A DNA stretch of 64,000 nt from Laetmonice hystrix (lineage: Eukaryota): assembly GCA_965235115.1 (NCBI GenBank), contig OZ249440.1:35714001-35778000 (forward strand). Reading direction: 5' to 3'. This document shows, piece after piece, positions 50,561-61,696 of this stretch. Numbering within the stretch: position 1 is the first letter of the stretch; the number at the start of each line of letters is the position of its first letter. The position numbers and the translations under genes were made by a program. Under the pieces are notes generated by a model. That model was not told where the DNA came from. It did no database searches and worked only from the letters and a program-made list of their open reading frames with translations.

Positions 50561-52080
50561 CTTGTTTTGTGTGTACATGCCTGATGTATGATTATGTAAT
50601 AAGAAATTGATCATAAAACGGGCCTCTGGAGAGCAATATGGCCCTTTCTCAAAAAGTATTGGAGGGATTTCAAAAATTCAAAAAGCATTTTTATCCTCTC
50701 TTCAATCTCTACAACTTTAGCCTAGTTTTGTTTAATGAGATACAAATTCTAATTTTCTTGCACTGTCTAGCTATGTCCAAGTGGTATGGCCTCGATCAGG
50801 GCCAGGGGCGGGTTGCACTAATGGTCCTACGGGCTGAGAAGGCGGCAAGAGCACCTAGCCTCCGGAGACCACATGCCTCAGGTGAATGAAGGGGACCTAT
50901 TTTATCCCGGGTCCCAACGGTAGGCTGGATTTGTGACATGGTTGCTGGTGTAGTTGGGTGGACCCCCAAACTGATCAACAACACAAGTCCAGATTTGGAG
51001 TATCGACTTCTTTGTTCACAATAGTGCGTCGTCTTGGTGAGTGTGGCCTGGAGAGCTTTCTGTAGCGTTCGCTCTGGATCCCCGTTCCCGTCTAACTCTT
51101 CCTAGCTAAGCCCCGTCCCTTTATACTGCTTGCCTATCCTCCCGGGTTTTATAGTGATCTATTTTTAGCGCTGAGCCAGCATCACATGCCGCTGAGTCAG
51201 CCCCCAGGTTTTCCCCAGAATGCTGACTCATCAGTCACAAGACTCCCAGTTCATACTCTTAACTACTGATACCTATTTTTAGGTTTTCTGGTTCTAACCG
51301 GTTTTGACTGGTTCTGACCGGTTCTAACCGGTTTTGGCTGGTCTCATGATGCTGACTCATCCTGTCACAGGACGCCAACATCCTGGAGTTGTTTACACCA
51401 TTTTACATTAACATCCGGGAGTTGTTTATACTACTTATTTTACATCCGGGAGTTGTTTACCACTGTGGTGCTGACATCAGCATCCTGTTATCTACATCCT
51501 TTATCTTAACCATTACTAGAGGTTCTATACATTCGTATGTAGAGATATATCTATGTTTTTGCATTCTTCGAGACTAACTACTTTTAATATATATATATAT
51601 TCTTATTATTATTTGCTATTCTAAGCACGACCTTGTTACATACCTTCCCCCCTTTTAAAAAGAAGCTCCTTTCTTTTTATCTTATAACTTTCTTTACAAG
51701 GTCGTGTACCCCAGTTATGTACATATATACATGGGCTCATATCCACTACAATGTGGGTTTCTTTATATATGCCCATCTTCTTTTATCTACCACCTTGTGG
51801 TTTACATATATATTTGCTTATATATTATATTATTTCCTTATATATTTTCGATATACATTTCCCTTAGTGTTATAATTTTACTCCTAACTATCCTTCTTCC
51901 TATATATATATCCCTTAACAACTAAGGCCACACTCACCGCGTTACAATGATTTTTCGATGTTGGCATGCAATTCTTAATTCTATGACAGTCTTCTTCGAC
52001 GTCCATTTCAGTTTCGTACAATCATCTTGGTGGTCTCCCTTCCTGGTGGACACCGCCCTCCCGCTCGCATAACATTGGCA

Positions 52081-52590
52081 TTATTGTTCGTGCTGTCCCT
52101 CGCTCTCCTCATCGGAGATTGCAATTACGTCCATAACGCTCCCTTCACTGGAGATTGTTATTATTGTTCCGTTGCTTATTGTCTCCCACCGGTCCTCCCC
52201 GGTCTCGACGCCCCACATGGGCTCGGCCATGGGGTCGAACCCGGGTCCGAACATCTCACCGGCCCATCTTCTCGCCCGATCTGCCATGGCTCCCGCCTCC
52301 TCCATCGTTCGGTCAACCCATTGTTGCGTTCTTGCCATCCTATCCTCATTCTCAATCTCATTCAATAAGTCCCTCGTCAGTTCGTCCTCAGTTGACGAGG
52401 GGGATGCTGGGGGTGGCGGCTTCTGGGGCGCCACCCGTGCCACATTACTTTTTTCGCCATTCTCAAACGTCACTTGTTGGCCCTCCACGGTACGCGTATG
52501 CGTAGGCCCCCTCTGGTTGGTTAGGCGGCGGATCAGGTCTCCTAACGGCTCGGGGACTCCTGGGCCCTTGGCCTGTTGATCCAAAGCCAT
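52081..52590 (-). CDS. Acidic accessory ORF (about 169 aa from ATG) overlapping the dUTPase 3' end
   Basis: Open frame MALDQQAKGPG...IITISSEGSVMDVIAISDEESEGQHEQ; the frame stays open 48 further codons after the TAA. Confidence 0.55.
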   Translation of the reverse strand: MALDQQAKGPGVPEPLGDLIRRLTNQRGPTHTRTVEGQQVTFENGEKSNVARVAPQKPPPPASPSSTEDELTRDLLNEIENEDRMARTQQWVDRTMEEAGAMADRARRWAGEMFGPGFDPMAEPMWGVETGEDRWETISNGTIITISSEGSVMDVIAISDEESEGQHEQ

Positions 52591-53056
52591 CTTGATTTCG
52601 TTTGGTAGGCGGTAGGTCTTCAACTGTTAATATTGTCGGGTCAGAAATTCTTTCTAGAATGAGTTGTGCCACCCGGCGCCCCGTCTTTATGTGGAATGTC
52701 CTGGATCCTGAATTTGATATCAACACGCCGATGTTTCCTCTGTAGTCCGGGTCAATCACTCCCGCTTTTACATCTAGTTCATGATGTAGGGCTAGCCCTG
52801 ATCGTGATGCTACCCTTCTGTATGTACCCGGAGGCAGGGCTAGTGCAATGTCAGTCCTCACTAGCACTCTCCTTAACGGATGTATGATGTAGTCGTAGGC
52901 GCTATACAGGTCCAGGCCTGCTGCTTCTTCCGAGGCCCGGGTTGGCACGATCGCTCTTGGTGACAACAGCTTTACTTTCAGTACTTCATTGTTGGCTGAC
53001 GGCGGGGTCTTCGGCACTTCACCTTTGTTCGGTAACCAAAACCTTGGGTCGCACAT
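52463..53056 (-). CDS. dut: Trimeric dUTPase
   Basis: All five motifs present: AGLDL, SRSG, GVIDPDYRG, RVAQL, RNQDGFGSTG. Confidence 0.95.
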   Translation of the reverse strand: MCDPRFWLPNKGEVPKTPPSANNEVLKVKLLSPRAIVPTRASEEAAGLDLYSAYDYIIHPLRRVLVRTDIALALPPGTYRRVASRSGLALHHELDVKAGVIDPDYRGNIGVLISNSGSRTFHIKTGRRVAQLILERISDPTILTVEDLPPTKRNQDGFGSTGQGPRSPRAVRRPDPPPNQPEGAYAYAYRGGPTSDV

Positions 53057-54611
53057 CTTCTGTTAAAGATAACTCCACAGTAGGTTGATCACTTTTTGTC
53101 TTAGCCTTTTTTCCATACTTTCGTCTCGCATAACTTCCCAGGATCAGGATACCCACAATAGCGATAATTACAACCAGCACCAGGGCCGTCAGGGGAATGG
53201 TTGGCTTTGTATTGATCCCTCCCCAATATTTACGCTCATTTCCTTTCAGCATCTCTTTTATATTGTGAATTGGTAGCTCCCCTATATCCTGAAGAGGGGC
53301 TGGGAGTGCCAGCTTCTTAAATTTAGGGTATTCATTTTCCGACGCTGAATAATTCCAAGTGCCCCGCATTCTGCGTCTGGCTACCATTTGTGCATCTAAA
53401 AACGTGCGTAGCTCTCTGTCTGATTTTTCCTTAAAATAAGGAGGGAACGACAGGTATTCCGACAAGCCCACGCACCCTGCTTTAATTTTGATTTCCGTGA
53501 TCGGCGGGCTAACCGTCACCTCACGTTTGTGCCTGCCTGCAAGGTTATAGCAGGATTCAACAATTTTAAACGTTTTGTTCGAGGCCACCGCCCACGTCCC
53601 CTGCGCAATATATCTAGCAGAGGGTGCCGATTGAGCGGCCCTTAGAATTTTCTTACAATTTTGGGCGACGGCCTGCTGATTACTTTGATACAGCGCCATC
53701 ACACACAATGGTACACTGGCCAGCGCCATTGCTGGTTTTCCAATCGTGCAATAATTTATCTCTTTCTGGTCGCACTGGGTACTTTCAAAAGGAGAAACAT
53801 AAATAAAATGAGCCTTATCCCCTATCATTTCTGTTTCTAAAGCGTATGTTGCTTCTAGAGGCATGTCCCCTTTTGGAACCGGCAAACTTATTATTTTCAT
53901 TAGTTGGAACTCGTCTTCTGGTTTGACTAGCGGGAATGTAGTGATTATATGGAACTTTCCTCGCCCTGGTATCAATAACGTTGGCAGATGCCTGTCGTAC
54001 CAATTTAAGTCGTTGGTACTGTCGGGGGCAAGTGGTAGTGTAAGAGAATCAGGAGCCCGTTTCTGAATATCTTTTAGTAGGTCACCCAGGATGGTGGTGT
54101 TTATCAATACGGGAGGCAGGCGACCCCGGACACACTCTGTGACTTGTTCCTGTAATAATATCAGGGTGGAGTCCAACTCCGCCTGGCTCAATGCGAGCGT
54201 TTGCAAGATTCCCTGATAGTTTGTCGCCCACCTTAATATAGCAACTTCCGTCCTTACCCCAGTTCTCAATATTGTCGTTAAAGCGTCGAGCTGACTCCCA
54301 AGGCTTGTAACGGCCCCCTGCAGTGTTTTTACCGCATTTCTATTTTTCTTTACTTCCACATGGGTTACATTTATTAGCGTCAAGCTTTGATCAATCGCGT
54401 GTACTATGCTTTGTTGATTTGCCCCTAGCCTCCTTATTTGCTGTCTCAATTTATTCAGGTCTTTCTCGGTCGCCGTGCCAAAGAGGGAGGACATAACGTC
54501 CCCTAATATTGGGAGTATAGACCTCTTTCCCCTGTGCCCTCTTTCTTTTTCATTTACTATATCCAAAATCCCCCTAAGTCGTTTGGTCAATAATTCCTGT
54601 CTCTTTACCAT
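53019..54611 (-). CDS. env: F-type class I envelope protein, N-terminally truncated (no signal peptide)
   Basis: Furin site RGKR/SILPILGDVMSSLFGTATEKD, heptad repeats, C...C...CVMALY...C pattern, TM IPLTALVLVVIIAIVGILILG followed by a basic tail. Confidence 0.88.
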   Translation of the reverse strand: MVKRQELLTKRLRGILDIVNEKERGHRGKRSILPILGDVMSSLFGTATEKDLNKLRQQIRRLGANQQSIVHAIDQSLTLINVTHVEVKKNRNAVKTLQGAVTSLGSQLDALTTILRTGVRTEVAILRWATNYQGILQTLALSQAELDSTLILLQEQVTECVRGRLPPVLINTTILGDLLKDIQKRAPDSLTLPLAPDSTNDLNWYDRHLPTLLIPGRGKFHIITTFPLVKPEDEFQLMKIISLPVPKGDMPLEATYALETEMIGDKAHFIYVSPFESTQCDQKEINYCTIGKPAMALASVPLCVMALYQSNQQAVAQNCKKILRAAQSAPSARYIAQGTWAVASNKTFKIVESCYNLAGRHKREVTVSPPITEIKIKAGCVGLSEYLSFPPYFKEKSDRELRTFLDAQMVARRRMRGTWNYSASENEYPKFKKLALPAPLQDIGELPIHNIKEMLKGNERKYWGGINTKPTIPLTALVLVVIIAIVGILILGSYARRKYGKKAKTKSDQPTVELSLTEDVRPKVLVTEQR

Positions 54612-55258
54612 ATCCCTTCTATTTCATCCACTTCCATAGGCTCTTCATGCCTTTCTACCCTATGCGGGCGTCTTATCTCAAACTGCCTACTTGTGGCATA
54701 TTCTTCCCTTGCCAACCGGACTGCTCCGTCAAGGGTCTGGGGCCCTTCCTTAATTAGGCGGCGGGCCACAGTGTCGCTGCGAATGCCATCTATAAAGGTT
54801 TCGGCCAGCTCTCTCTGCACCATTACATTTGTTCGCTCAGCTTGCGTATAGGCTTCCTCTGCCTGTTCTCGCACTCGTTCCGCATAGGACGAGATTGATT
54901 CGCTCTCGGCCCGTTTTACTTTCTTGAGCTTCTGTCTTGCCACCTGTTCTTCTGCGGCATCTGCGAAACGTTCCCTAATTAGCTCTCTCAATTCGGGCCA
55001 TGTCAATGCGGGGTTGTCTTTGCACTGCCGCGTAGCAAAGTCGGCCGCTGTGCCTCTGAGCGTTCTCATGGCCATATATTTTAGTTGTTCGTCATCGTCT
55101 ACTACCGGTTCTAGTTGCCTCATGTCCTTCAGCCAACCTTGAAACATTTTATAGTTCTCCCCGTTGGCTGGCCTAATCTGTGCCTTTTCCCCTTGAATCC
55201 TCATTTCCCTTGCCAACTTTTCAAACCCCTGAGAGAAAACGTCTGCTGGGACCGCCAT
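54605..55258 (-). CDS. gag: Gag capsid, truncated just after EPMEVD
   Basis: TWPELRELIRERF, KRAESESISSYAERV, FIDGI, EPMEVD are Ty3/Gypsy gag motifs. Confidence 0.88.
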   Translation of the reverse strand: MAVPADVFSQGFEKLAREMRIQGEKAQIRPANGENYKMFQGWLKDMRQLEPVVDDDEQLKYMAMRTLRGTAADFATRQCKDNPALTWPELRELIRERFADAAEEQVARQKLKKVKRAESESISSYAERVREQAEEAYTQAERTNVMVQRELAETFIDGIRSDTVARRLIKEGPQTLDGAVRLAREEYATSRQFEIRRPHRVERHEEPMEVDEIEGIW

Positions 55259-55357
55259 TGTGACTACCGCTCACCCCTCTCCGTCGTCAAGACTGTCCTC
55301 CTTTCTAGGCTTTTGACAATCTGATCTCAACCTACTCACCTTCCTCTGTCGTCTCCA

Positions 55358-55376
55358 AATCCTGGTCACGGCACCA
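55358..55376 (-). promoter_or_regulatory. Primer-binding site complementary to tRNA-His
   Basis: TGGTGCCGTGACCAGGATT, 1 nt after the LTR, complementary to the invertebrate tRNA-His 3' end (AATCCTGGTCACGGCACCA). Confidence 0.88.
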
Positions 55377-56315
55377 ATGTAGTTGGGTGGACCCCCAAAC
55401 TGATCATCAACACAAGTCCAGATTTGGAGTATCGACTTCTTTGTTCACAATAGTGCGTCGTCTTGGTGAGTGTGGCCTGGAGAGCTTTCTGTAGCGTTCG
55501 CTCTGGATCCCCGTTCCCGTCTAACTCTTCCTAGCTAAGCCCCGTCCCTTTATACTGCTTGCCTATCCTCCCGGGTTTTATAGCGATCTATTTTTAGCGC
55601 TGAGCCAGCATCACATGCCGCTGAGTCAGCCCCCGGGTTTTCCCCAGGATGCTGACTCATCGGTCACAAGACTCCCAGTTCATACTCTTAACTACTGATA
55701 CCTATTTTTAGGTTTTCTGGTTCTAACCGGTTCTAACCGGTTTTGACTGGTTCTGACCGGTTCTAACCGGTCTCATGATGCTGACTCATCCTGTCACAGG
55801 ATGCCAACATCCTGGAGTTGTTTTTGTTTTTGATGTTTTTGCATTCTTCGAGACTAACTACTTTTAATATATATATATATTCTTATTATTATTTGCTATT
55901 CTAAGCACAACCTTGTTACACTGGGGTTGTTATTGAACAGCCAGAACATCCCATGTAGACTGATTTACCGGACTCAACATAATTGTCCCCCATTAGGAAT
56001 GAGGCCCTCTAATTGCAGATCCAAGTTATTCTGATTAAGAGCATCATTGAACTGGCATACCGTCTCAACTAGTTTTGTATCCCACTTGTTTCTCTGGCAT
56101 GACCCCCGGCCCCCCAGGCCCCTATATAAGGAGGGCGTGCAAGGCGCCCAGGAGGGAAAGACAGACAGACCCCTCACTAAGACACTAACAAGGGAAAGAC
56201 GGACCCCTCACCTACACACCGACAAGATAGCAACTCAGATATTCTTCAGCAGCCTACAGACTTAGCCGTTTTCATCAACCCGAACTTTTTACCATAGATT
56301 CATAAGGACCGCCCG

Positions 56316-56730
56316 GTGAGTGAGTATTGGTGGTGTTGCACCATGTCGGCAACCAGGGCCATCTTCATGGTGAAAACAAGAGTAAAAAGACCATATAATG
56401 AAAAGGACCTTACCGTATATGTCCCTTTAGCGGCACACTAACTATCTGCCGCGCACCCCCGCATTTTTTCAAACAAGCTGTGTCCTTCTCGGCATGGCGA
56501 TGACTGGTGTACTATCTGATAGTGACGTCATAATGTAGTAGATTTGACGTACCGTAAATTTTGTATCAATTGCCACGCACATGCGCGGCTAAAGGGACAT
56601 ATAGGCATATCCCGGGCCCCAAAGGCAATATCATCGAAACACACTCCATCCTATCAGCTACCGACAAGCCTCAACTATAAAAGAGTCAGACGTCCAGCCT
56701 CTGACAAAAATTCCAAAATCACTCCCAGTC
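56316..56730 (-). mobile_element. Diverged LINE 3' fragment interrupted by a Tc1/pogo-like MITE (56413-56605)
   Basis: LINE tail and 3'UTR on both sides; MITE TIR TATATGTCCCTTTAGC / GCTAAAGGGACATATA. Confidence 0.75.
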
Positions 56731-57374
56731 AGATCCACGATCCAAAAAGAAAAAAATGGCTGTGGCAAATCTAAGGTTGGCGGATTTTTTCCCAAGGAAA
56801 TTTGATGGTAGTGGAAGCGACAGCCCTATTGCACATTGGCTGCAGAATGACGATTATTGCGGTGTTCACAATCGGCACCCAGGGCCATCTTCACGGCGAA
56901 AACAAGAGTTAAAAGACCATAAAATGTAAGGAACATATTCCATGATCCCGGGCCCCAACGGGAATATCACTGAAACACACTCCATCCTGTCAGATGCTTT
57001 GTTGGTTATAAACATTCTGGTATCATGATGACTTTTATCACGATTTCCTCTTACAGGATCCATATTACACGGCTTTCTCCTATATACAGGCTGGTGATTC
57101 GTACAGCAAGTGGTGATAGTCCATAGTCGGCCTAGCTCTTGCAGGGAAAGGAAGAACCACACCCTACCCCACGCGCGATAGTTGAAACCTTATAATTATA
57201 TTTTCCGATAGAAGAACATGTAGAGTGAATCAAAGATCTATGAACGATCATTCATCGGTCTTTGAGTGAACTGACCCCCTGTAGCCTTTGAGTGAACTGA
57301 CCCCCTGTAGCCCTCCAAAGTCCTATCCCCTAGAAAGATAGGATATGTTACTCTATCACATCTCCTCATTACAG

Positions 57375-57455
57375 TCTTGATTACAATGACATCGGTGAGG
57401 CAGGAACAGAGCTGCTCCGTGCCGCACAGCAGAGTCCCTCACTGAAACGTCTTGA
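57375..57455 (+). CDS. 81-nt RI/NLR-type LRR exon, copy 1
   Basis: TTACAG|T-LDYNDIGEAGTELLRAAQQSPSLKRL-GA|GTAAGT, symmetric phase 2-2. Confidence 0.8.
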
Positions 57456-58319
57456 GTAAGTAGGACCTACAAGTTAACATCGCTGAGTGTACGCCGAGTG
57501 TAGGCTTTAAATGTGAGTCCAGGCGCCAGGAGGCAATGTGTGCTGGGCGCCACCTTGTGTTGGGTTCTATTACTAGTGTTCTAACAGGCCCTTATCCTCA
57601 GTGAGAATCCACCTTCTCCATTTGTTATATAGACCCCACATTAATAATGACGTTCTAAAACCATTAGCTCTTACCCATGTTGTTCTGCAAACGTTTTTAT
57701 TTTGGCAGCATGATAGACAACGATATCCCAGTCACTGAGGGAGTTCGGGGCCGGCTGACTGTCCTGAGGTTGGTATCTGATAGTATATGATAGTAGTCGT
57801 CTGGTTGGGATAGTGAGTGAGTGAGTAGTGGTAGTTTTGTGCCGTGTCGGCATCTGGGGCCATCTTCACGGTGAAAACAGAGTTAAAAGACCATAAAATT
57901 AAAGGAACCTATTCTATCCCGGGTCCCAACGGGAATATCATTGAACCGCACTCCATCCTGTCAGATGCTTTGTTGGTTATAAACATTCTTATATCATGGC
58001 GATTTTTATCACGATTTCCACTTATAGGATCCATATTACACAGCTTTCCCCTATATACAGGCTGGTGATTCGTATAGCAAGTGGTTATAGTCCATAGTCG
58101 GCCTAGCTCTTGCAGGGAAATGAAGAACCACACCCTACCCCACGGGCGATACTTGAAACCTTATAATTATAGTTTCCGATAGAAGAACATGTAGAGTGAA
58201 CCAAAGATCTATGAACGATCATTCATCGGTCTTTGAGTGAACTAACCCCCTGTAGCCCTCCAAAGTCCTATCCCCTAGAAAGATAGGATATGTTACTCTA
58301 TCGCATCTCCTCATTACAG

Positions 58320-58400
58320 TCTTGATTACGACGACATCGGTGAGGCAGGAACAGTGCTACTCCGTGCTGCACAGCAGAGTCCCTCACTGAAAGGTCTTGA
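58320..58400 (+). CDS. 81-nt LRR exon, copy 2
   Basis: LDYDDIGEAGTVLLRAAQQSPSLKGL with AG/GTAAGT borders. Confidence 0.78.
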
Positions 58401-58623
58401 GTAAGTAAGACCTACAAGTTAACATCGCTGAGTGTACGCCGAGTGTAGGCTTTAAATGTGAGTCCAGGCGCCAGGAGGCAGTGTGTGCTAGGCGCCACCT
58501 TGTGTTGGGTTCTATTACTAGTGTTCTAACAGGCCCTTATCCTCAGTGAGAATCCACCTTCTCCATTTGTTATATAGACCCAACATTAATAATTACGTTA
58601 TGAAACCATTAGCTCTAACCCAT

Positions 58624-59887
58624 TGTTGCGGCTAGGCTTCGCTGCCGCTGGACCTTTAATATAGTTGGCCTCCCCCGTATATATATGTATATATATATAT
58701 ATATTACATTATCAGGATAATGGGATTTATTGGAGTTGGAAGGCAGTAATTGTATGACATAGAGGCCCATGCCACCTAGTAGTAATAAGCTGAACTAGCC
58801 ACCTAGCGGCAGTTTCGGAGCGGAACTACGGGCCCCAAACTAAGGGGTAATTGGCCAATCAAATTAAAGCATCACCCTCATTGTTTCTCAACTTTCCTTC
58901 GGAACGCACATACATTCTGTATCGTCTCACGTTCACTTCAATTTTCCGATTTTTCTTCCCCGGATGCCCTCTACCAGATTCAAGGGCAGGAGACGCACAC
59001 GGGTAGATTTTAATTATATTTTTCAGCAGACTAATGACCAAATTAGAAAGGCGTCGGCAACAGTTGCAAAGCTACGTTTTTGTCCGATGCGGGGACTTTA
59101 CAATGACCCACTTTGGTTTCTCTGCCCGGACGGCACACATCTTAATGCATCCTTTTGGGGGCATCCGACGCTCAAGTCCAGGCTATGGGCCGTTGGAGCA
59201 GCTCAGCTTTCCGGAAGTACATACGAATCCCTATGCTAACAGTCAGGTAACTCATATTGCATTAGGTACTTCTATCGGTAGGGCCAACTCTAGATCCAGC
59301 GGATGGCTGTCTTTTGTTTCGGTCTGCTACCACTCGAGTAACTTGTCAATTCTATGGGTCCAGCGGTTTGCTGCCCTGGAATAATTGTTACTTAACCATG
59401 AAAAAAAAAATATTAATGTGTCTATTCGACCCATTGTTCGATGTATGTCCTAATGTTACAGATCGCTACCCTTGTATACTGTAGTCTTAAGTTTATCATT
59501 GTACCGAAAGTGGGCTAGGGAATCCAGCGGCTTGCCATTCCCTCTGTTATGCCCAGTGTTGCTTAAATATAAGGGTAAACGGTGAGTAGACCTGGATGGG
59601 GCGGTCTTTCAGACTGGTGGTATGTTGCTACCCCATCTTTGCTAAATTTCTCGTTGTAAACCATTAATGTTTACTGACACTATGTGGTATTGTCAGTAGG
59701 GTCAGTTTAGCATGAGGTTCAGCCTCTCGGCTAGTTGAGTATCCCGCGATACTCCGTATATGTATGCGTCTGAGAATACAATGATCACCACCGCCAGCAG
59801 TCTTTGACTTGTCTTCACTGGGGTACATGGTACGGTAATCCCCCCGTCTCCCTCCGACCGCCGCCTCTCCAGGGTGGGTCCACCACA
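58624..59887. mobile_element. Solo LTR (1264 bp); a second copy starts at 63872
   Basis: TGTTG...CCACA, near-TSD CCAT/CCCT; empty site visible at about 57674 and 60833; 1264+4 equals the extra spacing 2213-945. Confidence 0.8.
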
Positions 59888-60532
59888 CCCTGTTGTTCTG
59901 CAAGCGTTTTTATTTTGGCAGCATGATAGACAACTATATCACAGTCACTGAGGGAGTTCGGGGCCGGCTGACTGTCCTGAGGTTGGTATCTGATAGTATA
60001 TGATAGTAGTCGTCTGGTTGGGATAGTGAGTGAGTGAGTAGTGGTAGTTTTCTGCCGTGTCGGCATCTGGGGCCATCTTCACAGTGAAAACAGAGTTAAA
60101 AGACAATAAAATTAAAGGAACCTATTCTATCCCGGGTCCCAACGGGAATATCTTTGAAACACACTCCATCCTGTCAGATGCTTTGTTGGTTAAAAACATT
60201 CTGATATCATGGCGATTTTTATCAAGATTTCCACTTACAGGATCCATATTACACAGCTTTCCCCTATATACAGGCTGGTGATTCGTATAGCAAGTGGTAA
60301 CAGTCCGAAGTCGGCCTAGCTCTTGCAGGGAAAGGAAGAACCACACCCTACCCCACGCGCGATAGTTGAAACCTTATAATTATAGATTTCGATAGAAGAA
60401 CATGTAGAGTGAATCAAAGATCTATGAATGATCATTCATCGGTCTTTGAGTGAACTAACCCCCTGTAGCCCTCCAAAGTCCTATCCCCTAGAAAGATAGG
60501 ATATGTTACTCTATCACATCTCCTCATTACAG

Positions 60533-60613
60533 TCTTGATTACAACGACATCGGTGAGGCAGGAACAGAGCTGATCCGTGCCGTACAGCAGAGTCCCTCAC
60601 TGAAACGTCTTGA
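60533..60613 (+). CDS. 81-nt LRR exon, copy 3
   Basis: LDYNDIGEAGTELIRAVQQSPSLKRL with AG/GTAAGT borders. Confidence 0.78.
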
Positions 60614-61476
60614 GTAAGTAGGACCTACAAGTTAACATCGCTGAGTGTACGCCGAGTGTAGGCTTTAAATGTGAGTCCAGGCGCCAGGAGGCAATGTGTG
60701 CTGGGCGCCACCTTGTGTTGGGTTCTATTACTAGTGTTCTAACAGGCCCTTATCCTCAGTGAGAATCCACCTTCTCCATTTGTTATATAGACCCCACATT
60801 AATAATGACGTTCTAAAACCATTAGCTCTTACCCATGTTGTTCTGCAAACGTTTTTATTTTGGCAGCATGATAGACAACAATATCCCAGTCACTGAGGGA
60901 GTTCGGGGCCGGCTGACTGTCCTGAGGGTGGTATCTGATAGTATATGATAGTAGTCGTCTGGTTGGGATAGTGAGTGAGTGAGTAGTGGTAGTTTTGTGC
61001 CGTGTCGGCATCTGGGGCCATCTTCACAGTGAAAACAGAGTTAAAAGACCATAAAATTAAAGGAACCTATTCTATCCCGGGTCCCAACGGGAATATCATT
61101 GAAACACACTCCATCCTGTCAGATGCTTTGTTGGTTATAAACATTCTGATATCATGGTGATATTTATCACGATTTCCGCTTACGGGATTCATATTACACA
61201 GCTTTCCCCTATATACAGGCTGGTGATTCGTATAGCAAGTGGTTATAGTCCATAGTCGGCCTAGCTCTTGCAGGGAAATGAAGAACCACACCCTACCCCA
61301 CGCGCGATAGTTGAAACCTTATAATTATAGATTTCGATAGAAGAACATGTAGAGTGAATCAAAGATCTGTGAATGATCATTCATCGGTCTTTGAGTGAAC
61401 TAACCCCCTGTAGCCCTCCAAAGTCCTATCCCCAGAAAGATAGGATATGTTACTCTATCACATCTCCTCATTACAG

Positions 61477-61557
61477 TCTTGATTACAACGACATCGGTGA
61501 GGCAGGAACAGAGCTGCTCCGTGCTGCACAGCAGAGTCCCTCACTGAAACGTCTTGA
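61477..61557 (+). CDS. 81-nt LRR exon, copy 4
   Basis: LDYNDIGEAGTELLRAAQQSPSLKRL with AG/GTAAAT borders. Confidence 0.75.
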
Positions 61558-61696
61558 GTAAATAGGACCTACAACTTAACATCGCTGAGTGTACGCCGAG
61601 TGTAGGCTTTAAATGTGAGTTCAGGCGCCAGGAGGCAATGTGTGCTGGGCGCCACCTTGTGTTGGGTTCTATTACTAGTGTTCTAACAGGCCCTTA

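Larger units (their letters stand above)
50949..55920 (-). mobile_element. Retrovirus-like LTR element, pol-deleted: LTR-PBS-gag-env-dUTPase-ORF4-PPT-LTR
   Basis: LTRs 55378-55920 and 50949-51640 (TG..CA, about 7 substitutions plus indels, one of about 140 bp), 4-bp TSD CTGG, PPT AAAAGGGGGGAAGG at about 51643-51656. Confidence 0.95.

Noticed and set aside
52463..53056. Host or bacterial dut gene / contamination
   Set aside because: It is intronless, overlaps env and lies between paired LTRs with a TSD, so it belongs to the element.
55358..55376. tRNA gene
   Set aside because: Only 19 nt matching a tRNA 3' end including CCA; this is a PBS, not a gene.
20136..61011. Recurrent MP(A/T)RRKTTTTHSLT ORFs
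   Set aside because: They are read-through of the LINE 3'UTR and (TCAC)n tail.
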